From assembly GCA_937625935.1 (NCBI GenBank), contig OW569373.1, positions 409,357-473,356 of the forward strand: DNA of 64,000 nt, in the 5' to 3' direction. The position numbers and the translations under genes were made by a program. This DNA is from Tetramitus jugosus (Eukaryota; Protista; Heterolobosea). The notes beneath the pieces were generated by a model that was not told where the DNA came from, did not search any database, and worked only from the letters and a program-made list of their open reading frames with translations. Of this stretch, positions 44,392-56,329 are shown in pieces. Within the stretch, counting starts at the first letter, position 1. Each line of letters begins with the position of its first letter.

Positions 44392-45309
44392 TTAATTGCG
44401 TCCATATTTGTTGCCAGTCAAAAAATCACCCCAAGAACTTCTCGATCCATGCAAATCCAATTTCCACTTCTTGGCCAACAGGCTCAACACACTCTGATCA
44501 TGTCTGTGATCCTTGAAACCTGGATCATTCGGCAATCCGAACGTGTTTTCGTCATCAGTACTTGCTCTCGTATCCTGCATGTACGTTAACCATTCACCAA
44601 TGAATCTCCGAGCTTTGAATGTGTTCTTGACGACGATCGATGCAGCGTTCATTTGCCCTGACAACTTGATTTCCGTATCAGAGTCCATTCCCATCAACAC
44701 AAATAAATCTCGCTTCGTATAATGCCCCTCCGGATACCCCATTGGGAATATAACAATATTCTGTGTGTTTAACAATTTCTCGACGCCATTTCCTGGTACA
44801 ATAAATGGGCTCTTGTTCTCCTTGCCAGAATCCGCGTATATAATGTAGTCATCTGGTTTTGCGACATTGAGCATCGTGTGAAGTATAATATAAGGCTTCC
44901 ACAACCAGTAACCAGAACCTCTCTTCCTTGATAGGATATCCTTGTTCTTCTCTCTAAATTCATTGTCCAACGAGTTCATATTGAACATGAGACACTCATC
45001 GACTTTTCCCTTGGATAGTGCGCACTCACAGTTTCGTTTCTGAGCATTTTTGAAACCTCGATCAGCAAAGTTTATATGATAAATATATCCTGGTTTCGTT
45101 TTTGCTTTTGAATCTGCTGACTGCTGCTGTTGTTGTTGATCGAGAGTGGTGATGGTGACAGATTCATTTGTGGATGTTGTGTCGATAAAGTCACGATAGT
45201 TTATGACCCAAACAACACTCACAACAACGAGAACAATGAAGATAGTAAGTGCCAGTTTGACTCGCGAAGATGAGAGAGCCAATTTTTGAAAATGCGATGA
45301 TGACAACAT
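44392..45309 (-). CDS. Type II membrane glycosyltransferase-like protein
   Basis: N-terminal TM, RGSGYWLWKPYII, IIYADSG, HRHDQSVLSLL. Confidence 0.7.
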   Translation of the reverse strand: MLSSSHFQKLALSSSRVKLALTIFIVLVVVSVVWVINYRDFIDTTSTNESVTITTLDQQQQQQSADSKAKTKPGYIYHINFADRGFKNAQKRNCECALSKGKVDECLMFNMNSLDNEFREKNKDILSRKRGSGYWLWKPYIILHTMLNVAKPDDYIIYADSGKENKSPFIVPGNGVEKLLNTQNIVIFPMGYPEGHYTKRDLFVLMGMDSDTEIKLSGQMNAASIVVKNTFKARRFIGEWLTYMQDTRASTDDENTFGLPNDPGFKDHRHDQSVLSLLAKKWKLDLHGSRSSWGDFLTGNKYGRN

Positions 45310-45688
45310 GATTTGGTTTTGTTGTGAACAAAAATGCCAAACCAACTCTCATGTGTGTCAATTGTCGGGCTCACGCGATAATTTTAGGAGAATTGTTTCG
45401 AGTACCTCACAATCCAGATCGCAGATGTGGACGAGGGTACGAGAGATATGTTGATTATGATTGTTTGACCGAAGACTTCAATTCTCAACATCATGGTTGT
45501 ATGAGTGGGAAAGTCACGATGTCTGCAATCCGAGTCAAAACACAATAACAACCAAAACTTCATAATCAACCTTCTTCAGAGACCTGACGCGAGTGTATTT
45601 CGAAGATTCTTTCGTAAGTGAACGAAATTCTTGAAGACACGACCCATTTTCATTGGCCAATTGCAAATAATTTGGTTGAATAACGTTC

Positions 45689-46198
45689 ATGATTGTTATC
45701 CTACACCCATTTGAAGCTTTGAACATTTTGGGCGTTATCCACAAGAAAAAAACACAAAAAATAAAATACGTCACGCCATTTGTTGTAGTCAGATTCACAA
45801 GCCCAACTGAAGGAGTATCCGTAGAGGGTATAAACAAACCTGATTTGCCAGCATTTTTGAGAGCTGTACATCAACAACATCAATTACAGACGAGCGATAA
45901 TGGTGCTCTAAAACAATTGTCGGACGATGAATTGGCAAAAAAATATTTGGAAATGAATTTATTAGGGGGGGGAATTTTTGGAATGGCCCCTTGTGTAACC
46001 TTGGGCGAGTATAAAAACGATACTGGCCAACACTATATCAAGTGTAGACCCACACCTGTTCTAAACTCATTGGAGAGTCTTGGATGGACTCTCAAAACAA
46101 TGAAATTAACATCTCATTCTTGGGACCTCTCTTATTGCGAAGAGAATGAAGAAAAAACAGATGAGTCAGAAACCACTGTTTATCTCTTCACAAAATAA
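45689..46198 (+). CDS. Hypothetical protein; C-terminus weakly resembles GFRP/KCTD C-terminal fold
   Basis: PTPVLNSLESLGWTLKTM...TTVYLFTK; 5' structure uncertain. Confidence 0.35.
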   Translation: MIVILHPFEALNILGVIHKKKTQKIKYVTPFVVVRFTSPTEGVSVEGINKPDLPAFLRAVHQQHQLQTSDNGALKQLSDDELAKKYLEMNLLGGGIFGMAPCVTLGEYKNDTGQHYIKCRPTPVLNSLESLGWTLKTMKLTSHSWDLSYCEENEEKTDESETTVYLFTK

Positions 46199-46888
46199 AC
46201 ACAACCTCTTCATATGCCAGTAAACACCTTGGTTTTTGTTTGAGTCAGATAGTGTTGCACAAAGCTTCCTCAAAAGATGATTGACTGATGAGGTCAATAC
46301 AGACTCTTTTGGTGGCGAACCCATTGTTTTTATTAATTTCGGGTCAAGCAGCAACAAGGCCTTCCAGTGGAAAAGAGATGCCCACACCCATTGCACCCAC
46401 TGTTGAGAACATTGGATTTCAGGATCCATAGATGACTTGTTGTACCTTCTCAAGAGTCAGCCATATTGGCCTCACGGTCAAGAACTATTCCTATATTTCT
46501 GTCCTCAATTCCACCCTCTCTGGCAAGCATCGCTTCTGTATTCACGCCTTGATGCTCGATGTGATTGGTCAGGGTGTTGATATCGAACAGCACACCTTTG
46601 ATGAAAGGTACTCTCCATATGAAACTTGTTTGGTGGTCGAGGTTCGCTCCAAAGCCACCCAGCGATTCATTGAGCGTTTCAATCACATGACTGGAGAAAA
46701 GGTCAAGCCATCTTCCATCCACATGACAGTTGGTGCTCGCTATCGCAAAACCTGAACTCCACCCTCACACTAATAAACCATAACAAATCCGTCACTATCT
46801 TTGTTGACAACCCACAATGAATTCATCCACTGCTCAGGTGCTTCATACTTGAAGTGAGATTGCAATGAAAATCAACGTGGATTAGATT

Positions 46889-47677
46889 ATGCGATATGTC
46901 CAAGCTGTTACGGAGCAAATGGCCATTTCATTCTTGACACTCGAGCATGACACTACAGCCATTCCATTCTTGCCAACAGAGCACTGCACTAAAGCTAGTA
47001 CCCCATTCACATACAAAACAGGCCTCCACAATCCACCATCTGTTGCTTCTTTGCATCGTGATTTGTTGTTGCATGATGAAGAGTCCAACCTTGGTTTGTT
47101 CTCTCATGCTTTTGCTCCCAAGAAAGTGGAGCTCACTAGTCCCATGTCTTTTGGTTTGACTAGTCATCAAGGCATCAAGGAAACAAGAGACGATGACACA
47201 GTGACCATCATGCCACTTTCATTGACTGACAGAGGGCAAGAGTTGTCAACTGCAAGTGCTTCAGAAGCAGACGAAAATGGTACTTGCAACAGCACATGCG
47301 ACTCGATGAATGAGACGCCGAACAAGGATGAGACACTGGAGATCATCATTGGTGTTGATCGAGCGACCAATCACTGCCAACACTTGGAAATTGACCTCTC
47401 CCAGTTGGAAGCCTCACACACCAAACGATCCAACATTGTGTCACTCTACCAGTGTCAAGTCAATCCGACCAACCAAGAAGAAACGATGGAAAAAAAGTTG
47501 GAGCGAGTGTTTTGTGGCGAACTGAATCTTGACCAGTCCCACTTGTCATGCTTACATCACACACGAACCAAGGGCACTGATGTTGTGGATCACTATCACC
47601 CTGCTCACGAGTATGGTTATGTGCTACAAGTCGATGGCCACGACGAGTTGATTGTGGTGCCCTACTCTACACAATAA
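46889..47677 (+). CDS. Hypothetical protein, possibly part of a spliced or decayed gene
   Basis: 262-aa ORF with no recognised motif. Confidence 0.35.
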   Translation: MRYVQAVTEQMAISFLTLEHDTTAIPFLPTEHCTKASTPFTYKTGLHNPPSVASLHRDLLLHDEESNLGLFSHAFAPKKVELTSPMSFGLTSHQGIKETRDDDTVTIMPLSLTDRGQELSTASASEADENGTCNSTCDSMNETPNKDETLEIIIGVDRATNHCQHLEIDLSQLEASHTKRSNIVSLYQCQVNPTNQEETMEKKLERVFCGELNLDQSHLSCLHHTRTKGTDVVDHYHPAHEYGYVLQVDGHDELIVVPYSTQ

Positions 47678-48199
47678 CAGCCTCACATCACAATGGAGCG
47701 ACGACTCAAGAATGGAGTGGACAACTTCGATTCATAGCCTCAACAAGTCAGTGTTGAACTTCCTCGAGCACCAACACCAGGTTTGCAAAGTCTGACACCG
47801 ACCCATCCAAACAACAACAAGCACCAACGGGAAGAAGCCATTGCTATTGTGCCATCAGTGGAACCGATCAAGACTACCTGGTGCACATTCAGTGGGGTGA
47901 TCGAAGCCGGAAGCTCATGTTTATTTCGGCACCTATGTCTACGTGAGGTACTACAACAGCATGACAGTCATTCACACGGACAGCCTCAAGCAAGTGTTTG
48001 ACTGCGAGAGCAAGGTGCAAATGGATCATTGCTTGCCGTTGATTGAGACCATTCTGTACAAGCGACAACTCACTCTGGATGCACTGGCCGAGGAACTCTT
48101 CTCTCACTTGTTCACGATGATTGACTACAGGCACTTTGCGCAGAAAGACCAGTGGAAGAAGATGCTTGCCCAGTTCCAAACTCGACGAAGAGGGTCCAT

Positions 48200-49470
48200 A
48201 CATTTATTACAGCAGGAGAATATCACACGACGATTTTAACACAAGATGGTCATATTTATTCTTGGGGTTGGACAGATTTTGGTGCACCTTTCTCTGTTGA
48301 CAATGTACCTGTCCGAGTGAGTATGAATGGGTTGTTAAACGAAAAGACAGTATCTCAATTTATAGTGAAATGATTTTGATATGCTTGCTTTGACCAATGG
48401 TGGAAAGTTAGGTTACCTGAAGAGTAACTATTCCACGCGGGTCAACATGAACAATGTTGATTCTGAACAAACCTTAACTAGCTTTTTCATTGGTGCAAAC
48501 ACAATGGGATTCCTTGGAGCCATATGTGAGCAAGGGTATTTTGGTTAAGAGTGTAATCTTTTCAACTGACTGCTATGATGTAGAACGCGAGGATGAAACA
48601 AGGGTCTGCTTTTGGGTGTGTTCAAATGAAAAGATGTTAAATTGATCAGTCGTATCTCGGAAGGAGCGTTCGGTGTTGTATTCGAAGGAGAGTGGAAAAG
48701 TAACACCGTGGCTGTAAAAAAGATGAAAGTATCGGATGATGAATCTTTTGTCAGACAAGTTTGCGTCATCCAAATATTCTCTACTTGTATGGATACTCTT
48801 CTGAATGATAATGGAGACAAGTTTTTGATAACGGAATTCGCTGTGAATGAATGGGAGTTTGCACAAAGTTCTTCATTCAAGCAATGTCACTCTCAAACCT
48901 TTTGATCAGAAGATGAATATCTTATGTCAGATTGCAGATACAATGGCTTATTTGCATGGAAGAAGTTCTCGAATTGTTCACAGAGACTTGAAGCCACAGA
49001 ATATTTTATTAGGTGAGAATTATCATGCCAGAATATGTGACTTTGGTTTGAGTAAAAGCAATGATACATCTTTTACAATCGGGAGATCCTACGGAACAAT
49101 TGAGTACTGTGCTACGGAGCTTTTGAAACATCGAGAACATGATGAAACGTGTGACACTTACAGTTTTGGAATTATTATGCTTGAAATTTTTATCTTGGAT
49201 GCTCCCTATTGCCAGATTTCATACTCATCAGTATTTACGCTTGGATTGGATATTGTGAGAGGATTGAGACCACCCATACAATCAAATGACTCTCAATCAC
49301 TTTTGAACTTCTTCCCAAAGAGTAACACAACGAACATGCCTTCATCCGACATTCCTTCCATTGTGCAAGATTTTTCTCCATTTCCACACGGTGTTGGAAT
49401 GCAGATGCAACCAAGCGTCTGTCATTTGAAGAAATAACAACAGAATTGGACAAAATAGAGAGGAGTAGCA
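48200..49470 (+). pseudogene. Frameshifted RCC1-repeat plus TKL kinase gene remnant
   Basis: ITAGEYHTTILTQDGHIYSWG; SEGAFGVVFEGEW..VAVKK and HRDLKPQN/DFGLSK lie in different frames; the C-lobe is also frameshifted. Confidence 0.75.
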
Positions 49471-49554
49471 AAAACTTTTAAGTTAACTTGGGACTCAAAT
49501 TTTGTTGTTCATGTCATATCTCCGCTCGTTTGACAAATCAAAAACTTGAAAAAA

Positions 49555-52500
49555 ATGGGTCAGGGTTCAGCCACCAAGTACGCTTGGGATGTCGATGAAT
49601 TATTGAGACAACATGAAAAAGAGATTCAAGTATGGAAGATGAAATACGTTCAATCTCTGACAACTATTCAGCAGATACAGAAGGAGCATAATGATTACAA
49701 ACTTGCCACAAAATCCGAAGTAGATCGTTTAGAGCAAGATAAAAGTGAATATATACAGCAGATGCAAGAGGAGCATAATGATTTCAAACTTGCCACAAAA
49801 TCCGAAGTAGATCGTTTAGAGCAAGATAAAAAAGAATTAAGTTCTAAAATACAGAACCAAGCGAATGAAATTAATCGTTTATCAGGAAAGCATAGTCAAA
49901 CTATGAGAAATTTGAATCAGATAAAGAAAAAGTACGATACTTGCAAGGAGGACACGGAAGTTGCAATCAAGAAATTAACCAAAAAGAAGAACAAATTAGA
50001 AACGGAAATGCAAGATCTGAGACGCCAAATGGAGGAGCAAATGCATGAGATCCATAACTTGAAAGAAAGGGGTGAAGGGTATAACATGATGGATGCCTTT
50101 CCTAAAGAGATAAGCGAGGTCATACACATTGAAACTGATTGGATTGCAAACAACAAGTTTGAAGCTCTACGATCACTCTACAGTGTGCACAATGTTTTGA
50201 AAGAACGATCATCTGGGAAAAGATTATCAGGTGATGAAGTAGATGAGAAATTGGTTATCCAAATTGAAGACAATAGAAAGAAACATATGTCCATAAACGC
50301 AAGCATAATGGATGCGAAACCAATTGAAAGAAAAAGAGTGATAGAAGAGAGGTCACACAATCTGAGAGATCTATTAATGAAATTGGATAAGCTTGAATCA
50401 ATTCATACATCGAGAATGGATAAATTATTGTGTCAACTCCAGCATTTAACAACTTATACTCATGTTCAGAGTGGAACAAAGAAAAAAGCTGATTATGAAT
50501 TCGACAAGTTTTATGGTAATGATGCTCAATATAATGAATTGCTGTCTCGAAAGGAGGAATATAAGAAACAGCTAGTGAAACTTGTTAGAAAAGCTTGTTC
50601 TTATTCCGATTGTTTGAAGAAAAACGGTCAAGAGATGATGAAATTAACTGAGGATGAACCAATATTGGATAGTATAGAGAAAGAAGTTAGTCAGGTCAAC
50701 GAAGAGATTGAAAATCTTTTGATCTTACAGGATTCGTATGGAGGATTGAAGCAACAAATGAAAGCATTCGAAAGAGATTCTTGTGAAGTTCAAACACTCA
50801 TGGAGCAACTATTGACGATCACTAAAAAAGAGAAGCAGATGAATTTGGATTGCAGGAAAATTGATCTCGAGATTGACACAATAGCTTGTGATTTAGATGA
50901 CGAAGATACAGAGGAGAAGATGAAAAATTTGAACCGAATGAAAGAGAGAGAAGAAAGACTTCTTATGGAAGTCAAAAAACAAAAACAACGACTGGAAATA
51001 GCATTCCACAACTATGGAGATTACGGTGAGGTTAGGACATTATTACCAAAATCCAAGTCAACTGGAGTCAAACTAAAGGACTATATATTTGTGAGAGATG
51101 TTGGTGGAAGACATAGTAATGTGAAACTATATCGAAATTACAAAGAGGAATTTGTAGTCTTAAAGAAATTTTCTATTGACCATAATCGTAGGGCACTTAT
51201 GAGAGAGTCCTCAAGGATTAATTCTCATCATCATTTGATTCTACCGATTAACAATATTTTTTATCACGATGACGCGGCGTATGTTGAAACTCCGTTCATT
51301 GAAGGAGGTACGCTTCGAGATTGGATGAACAATGGTAAAGAAAAAACAGCAATTGAAATTCAAAATATTATTCGTCTCATTGCTCAAGGAATTCAATATT
51401 TGCACGATCGTGGTACCATTCATTGTGATTTGAAACCAGAGAATATCTTAGTGAAAAAGAATGTATATGATGAAACATGCATTCCAATTCTTTTTAATTT
51501 TGGGATGAGTCGAAACAAAGGTATGAGTAACGATTCAATGATGCAAGGAGGTGAGAAAAACAAGTACATGAGTCCAGAGAGATTAGTAAACAATGAAGAA
51601 CCAACGACAAAAGCTGATATTTGGTCTCTAGGTGTGATTGCCTTAGAGTTAATATCTTTTCCCAATGATGTCACGACACTCATCGCAACTAATTTTAATA
51701 ACACATCATTCTTGAATACTCATCAATGGAATGCCCAGTTGCAGTCAGATACGTCATTGTATGAATTATTAGTGAAAATGTTCAACGAAAGAGTTAAAGA
51801 CAGATATGATATAAATGATGTTCTTCATCATGCTTTTTTGAACAAAGTGATTGATCACAATATAAGCAGTCAAGAATTAAGACCTGATTCCAAGAGTAGA
51901 ATTAATCAAATCAAACTATTTATTGCTGAAAAATCTCGTTCTACCCAGCGGGACTCAAAATTGTTAAGAGTTCAAGATCATCCCAATTGGATTAATTCGA
52001 CTTTGAACTGCTTTTATACAATGACTTCTAGTAATATGATGAAGAGGTTAGTTGTTACATTCGAGGGTGAAGAAGGAATTGATGGCGGCGCACTGACAAC
52101 TGCATTTTATGCAAGAATATTTAACAATATTGCAGAGAAGTTGTTCGAGAAGGTTGACAACAATAATCTATTTGTACCGATTTGTGATGATAAAAACGCA
52201 AAGCAACAAATCAAGAATGAAAGATTGTTCGAAAGTATAGGTAAAGTGTTGATCAAAATGATATTTGATCAAAGAACAATGTCTATATGTTTAGCACCAT
52301 ATTTTATGAGATATTTACTCTGTCCTGATGACAAGGAGAGTGAGTTCGAGCATTCAATGATACATATGAAAGATGTTGATATGGTTGATGCAGAATTTGG
52401 ACGCAATATGAGACAACTACTGGCGATGGATGATATTGGAGCAATGTGTTTAGATTTTGAAGAGATAAATTACACTGATAAGAGAGATGTGAATAACTCG

Positions 52501-53049
52501 AACAAACATGAATTTATAAAGAAGAAAATGCAGAAAAAACTTTTTAGTGATCGGATGAAAAATATGAAATCCATTCGTAGAGGATTTCGAAGTCTTCCAG
52601 AGTTGACATCCTATCTTGACAACATGAATGAAAGAGACATGGCTCTACTTATTACGGATCAACAATTTATTGATAGGCAATTGTTGTTGGAGAGCCACAT
52701 AGATTTCATCGGTGATGCAACTAGTAATGATTGTTCAAGATTAGCAGATGTACTAAAGTCATTGAACAATGAACAATTACAAATGCTAATATACTTTGCA
52801 ACTGGACAAACGGGAATGTTCAATGGCGGATCAAGCGAACCTTTTTGGAATCCCAACGACTCGACACCAAACAGAAGAAATTGTATCACATTTAACTTTT
52901 ATATTGCAAGAAACAAGAATGCCCTACCGGCTGCCCATGTGTGTTTTTACAGTATTGACATGCCCAAGTATAATTCCAGTGACATTATGAAACAAAAACT
53001 GATCAGGGCAATGGAAGAAATGAAGCATGGTGGTTTTACATTATCGTAG
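49555..53049 (+). CDS. Coiled-coil + protein kinase-like + HECT E3 ligase fusion, with N-myristoylation-like start
   Basis: MGQGSA; VVLKK, HCDLKPEN, NFG (for DFG), YMSPE, DIWSLG; HECT VTFEGEEGIDGG, FATG, LPAAHVCFYSIDMPKY, terminal GFTLS. Confidence 0.88.
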   Translation: MGQGSATKYAWDVDELLRQHEKEIQVWKMKYVQSLTTIQQIQKEHNDYKLATKSEVDRLEQDKSEYIQQMQEEHNDFKLATKSEVDRLEQDKKELSSKIQNQANEINRLSGKHSQTMRNLNQIKKKYDTCKEDTEVAIKKLTKKKNKLETEMQDLRRQMEEQMHEIHNLKERGEGYNMMDAFPKEISEVIHIETDWIANNKFEALRSLYSVHNVLKERSSGKRLSGDEVDEKLVIQIEDNRKKHMSINASIMDAKPIERKRVIEERSHNLRDLLMKLDKLESIHTSRMDKLLCQLQHLTTYTHVQSGTKKKADYEFDKFYGNDAQYNELLSRKEEYKKQLVKLVRKACSYSDCLKKNGQEMMKLTEDEPILDSIEKEVSQVNEEIENLLILQDSYGGLKQQMKAFERDSCEVQTLMEQLLTITKKEKQMNLDCRKIDLEIDTIACDLDDEDTEEKMKNLNRMKEREERLLMEVKKQKQRLEIAFHNYGDYGEVRTLLPKSKSTGVKLKDYIFVRDVGGRHSNVKLYRNYKEEFVVLKKFSIDHNRRALMRESSRINSHHHLILPINNIFYHDDAAYVETPFIEGGTLRDWMNNGKEKTAIEIQNIIRLIAQGIQYLHDRGTIHCDLKPENILVKKNVYDETCIPILFNFGMSRNKGMSNDSMMQGGEKNKYMSPERLVNNEEPTTKADIWSLGVIALELISFPNDVTTLIATNFNNTSFLNTHQWNAQLQSDTSLYELLVKMFNERVKDRYDINDVLHHAFLNKVIDHNISSQELRPDSKSRINQIKLFIAEKSRSTQRDSKLLRVQDHPNWINSTLNCFYTMTSSNMMKRLVVTFEGEEGIDGGALTTAFYARIFNNIAEKLFEKVDNNNLFVPICDDKNAKQQIKNERLFESIGKVLIKMIFDQRTMSICLAPYFMRYLLCPDDKESEFEHSMIHMKDVDMVDAEFGRNMRQLLAMDDIGAMCLDFEEINYTDKRDVNNSNKHEFIKKKMQKKLFSDRMKNMKSIRRGFRSLPELTSYLDNMNERDMALLITDQQFIDRQLLLESHIDFIGDATSNDCSRLADVLKSLNNEQLQMLIYFATGQTGMFNGGSSEPFWNPNDSTPNRRNCITFNFYIARNKNALPAAHVCFYSIDMPKYNSSDIMKQKLIRAMEEMKHGGFTLS
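49670..49830 (+). repeat. 87-nt (29-aa) tandem duplication inside the kinase-HECT CDS
   Basis: GAGCATAATGATT(A/T)CAAACTTGCCACAAAATCCGAAGTAGATCGTTTAGAGCAAGATAAAA at 49684 and 49771. Confidence 0.9.
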
Positions 53050-53837
53050 GTTTCTTTGCTTGTTGGAATATGCAACAACATGAAAGGAGAGGCGGCGTTA
53101 GGGATGTCAAAAATAAGATGGGCACTGCAAGACCAAAAGAGCAATTGTTCAGATTTTCACCCGTTTTTTAGACCTCTTGCAATTTTCCAAAAAGTCCGAT
53201 TTTGATGACCAATCCACTTCATCTGATGAGGAAGAGTGACTATCAGGTTCCAGAAGAGAAGTGATATGTATGTGGATCTGTGTTTACCCTAAAACAAAAT
53301 CATCGTGGACAAGTTCAAATTAGAAGATTAAATTTGACTTGCCTTGTATGAAGAGGCTGTCCAACTGTGAAGAAAGGAATGTACGACCAATAAACTCATC
53401 CAGTCCTTTTGGTGTGTCGTCAAAATGCTTCAAACATCTTCTGTTAATGCCTCTGTAGCGAAAGTGTTCGTTTGTGTGAAAGTACAACAAAATGGCAAGA
53501 ACCAATCAGTCTTCCATTTTTTGGATTGGTGTTTCTCAAATTGGTGTTTGTTCAATTTGTGTTTTGGGCTTCTTCCTCATTTTTGTGAAGTATGTGATAC
53601 CGTCCATGAACAACTGGGACAGGCTATTGTTTTGCCTATTCAGCTCTGTGGTCAGTGTTTGGAGCTCAAGAAGAACAACTCCATGCTTCACAAAGTGATT
53701 GACCTTGGTTACAGAAACATGTTCCACAGTTTGTGGGATTCTGATGTAACAGCGATCACTGTCGATTGAGTGGATCGCTACAAGAGTACCTCATCGTTGC
53801 CACCAACAAATCACGTGTTTGTCACTGTGACATCTGT

Positions 53838-53896
53838 GCGTTTAAGGTGCACTCAAGAATGTCTCCATTTTCGGTGGCGTTTAAGGTGCACTCAAG
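53838..53896. repeat. 20-bp direct repeat GCGTTTAAGGTGCACTCAAG x2 upstream of the RGS gene
   Basis: Exact copies at 53838-53857 and 53877-53896. Confidence 0.85.
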
Positions 53897-54050
53897 TTCC
53901 GGTCTGCCTTAAAAGGTTTATCGGAATTATTTTCTCATGAGACATGTCATTGCAAAATGTTTGTGGAGACATGTCTTGGTGGGTTTTTGTTCCTCTTTGT
54001 TTTTTCTAAACCAACAACACACAGCTTTTTGGTCAGAAAAAAACAAACAA

Positions 54051-55310
54051 ATGGATTTCACAAACTATATTATTGATTTCGATTGTGTGCTGAAAGAAGA
54101 GAAAGTAGTTGATGCTTTCTTGAAACATTTGAAGAAGGAGTTAAATTCAGATTCACTGGAATTTCTCAAGGATCATGAACGGTTCCTAAACCTTATTGAC
54201 TCTATGGAGAAGTTGGATGTTGCAAAGAGATTGTTCAATACCTATATAGCTGCAACAGCAAGTAAGCAAGTAAATTTGTCCAGTAGTTCATTGAGGCACA
54301 TTAATACCCAAATGAACCAATTGTCCAAGGAAACGGATTTCAACACATTATTTGCACCCGCTATTGTCAATGTATTGACCTCCTTGAAAATAGATGCGTT
54401 ACCAAGGTTCGTTAGAAGTGCATCCTTTGAATCTCTGTTGAGGAAAAATCCCAACTTGATGAAATCAATAGCCATATTGAAACCATTGTTTTATTTGGAT
54501 ACATCCAGTCTTACTGATGATGATTTTATGAGACCTGTGGTACGAGACACAGATTTCAAGCTATTTGATTTGCTACAAACCGACTCCTTCAACTGGAAGA
54601 TGATTGGATCATCAGATATCAAATCGAAAACTAGATATAATCTACTCAAGTTAAATACTCAACTATTTCCCAATGTTTCAGCATTCAAGAACACTATTAT
54701 GACAAAGTTTCAAACCACTTATGACTGGAACATTGTCAATATAGCCAAGATCATATTAGTAGCCAAAAATTTCAAATTTTATGATTCCAATGTGGCTGGA
54801 ATGGAATTAGTGAGACATTACACACATGAAGAATTATCTACTCTTTTTCCAGAAGTGGAAATGAGGGAGAAAAGATCATGCTCAGTTTATATACAGCACG
54901 TGAAACTTTCGTGGCCTCTTTCATACTCTCCAAAGCATATGACAGTTGTTACGAGTGTGTCATATAATCCCCAAAAAAGAGTATTGATGATGATAGGAAA
55001 AACTCTACTTCCACATGCTAACGTCAATGGAAGTGATCCCATTATCAACTATTATTGCATCAGAATCCAAAGTATTGATGATAACTCTGTGCTATATACA
55101 CTTTTTGGAATGTTGAATTTAAAAGGAATCGCACACAAATTGTTGAAGCCAATCATATTGAGGAGAGCTACAGTTTGTGCAAAGATGTTTGGAAAGTTAC
55201 TTGAGGAATCGAAAACGAATCCTGCACTATGTATGGATCAGAATCTGGATGACAAGTGGGCTGAATCTACCAAGCAGATACTTCTTGATCATGGATTGAT
55301 TGAAAATTGA
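54051..55310 (+). CDS. RGS domain + START-like domain protein
   Basis: AFLKHLKKELNSDSLEF, FNTYI..QVNLS, LKIDALPRFVRS; C-terminal alpha/beta region beginning NWKMIG. Confidence 0.8.
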   Translation: MDFTNYIIDFDCVLKEEKVVDAFLKHLKKELNSDSLEFLKDHERFLNLIDSMEKLDVAKRLFNTYIAATASKQVNLSSSSLRHINTQMNQLSKETDFNTLFAPAIVNVLTSLKIDALPRFVRSASFESLLRKNPNLMKSIAILKPLFYLDTSSLTDDDFMRPVVRDTDFKLFDLLQTDSFNWKMIGSSDIKSKTRYNLLKLNTQLFPNVSAFKNTIMTKFQTTYDWNIVNIAKIILVAKNFKFYDSNVAGMELVRHYTHEELSTLFPEVEMREKRSCSVYIQHVKLSWPLSYSPKHMTVVTSVSYNPQKRVLMMIGKTLLPHANVNGSDPIINYYCIRIQSIDDNSVLYTLFGMLNLKGIAHKLLKPIILRRATVCAKMFGKLLEESKTNPALCMDQNLDDKWAESTKQILLDHGLIEN

Positions 55311-56329
55311 ATTCTTTTTACTCTAAGTTCCAAGAAGAAATCATGCAGTTCAGAGAACATGTCGTTGTTCATTGCTGGTATGATGGTCGACTTGTAGGTT
55401 TAAAGAAGCACGATATACTTCTTCCCTGTGTCAAGTAGGTGCTTGAGAAATTTTGCACACAAATTTCATTACTAAAAAGAGATTTTAGTAATGAAATTCT
55501 TAAGGTATCACCTGGCCATGTATATGTGTATTGTTCTGCCTGTCATTCTATACAGCAACTGTATCGAAAATGATTGGCTGGACAGAGATGAAAAGAAAAA
55601 ACTCTGGCTCTGGCACTTCGCGACTGCCAACTGAATTCTATAATCTGAGAGTAGCAAAGGCATAAGTTCGGAGGAGTGATGAGATAAAGAGCCCCTATCA
55701 AACAAGAAACCTGTTCTCACTTATACGCAAAGTCATGTGGAGGAACTTCATCGAAGAAAAGGTGTTTCAGTGTACCTGTACTGGGAGAAAACTATGGGAT
55801 TACATTCAGAAAGAAAACTATGCAGGTATCATATGCCAATGATCAGCAGCTTACTCTGGGAGGTAAACTATTTGAAGACTGATTGTCAGGGAAGGACGAA
55901 TACAAGAAGCTACTACTCAGAACACTGGAAGAGATAACTCTTTAGCGATTGAATGTTTTTTCAAATAAAACAGATCGACATGCATAACCAATTAACATCA
56001 TTCTGGCTGACCAACAAGGAATTGCACGATATTAATAAAGATAGAGTGCTGCAGATCATTGTGATTGTGATAATCATTGCCTGTTTATGCATTAATTGTT
56101 GCAGTATTACTGGTAATCGCACTACTCTCCTACTTTTTGGTGTACATGCAATAAACATACATCAGAAAGCTTTTGTGCATGAATTAAACCATTATTGACA
56201 GCCTTTCTCAGCGTATCCTAAGTAATTCTACACTGTTCACTACAGAATGCATCCTGTCATATCTGTTACAATTACTGTGTATCGTTGTACGGAGAGTCTT
56301 TAGGATAGATATTGTTGCAGAATAGATCA

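Noticed and set aside
53838-53896. CRISPR-like repeat-spacer-repeat
   Set aside because: Only two 20-bp copies with a 19-bp spacer, eukaryotic context, no cas genes
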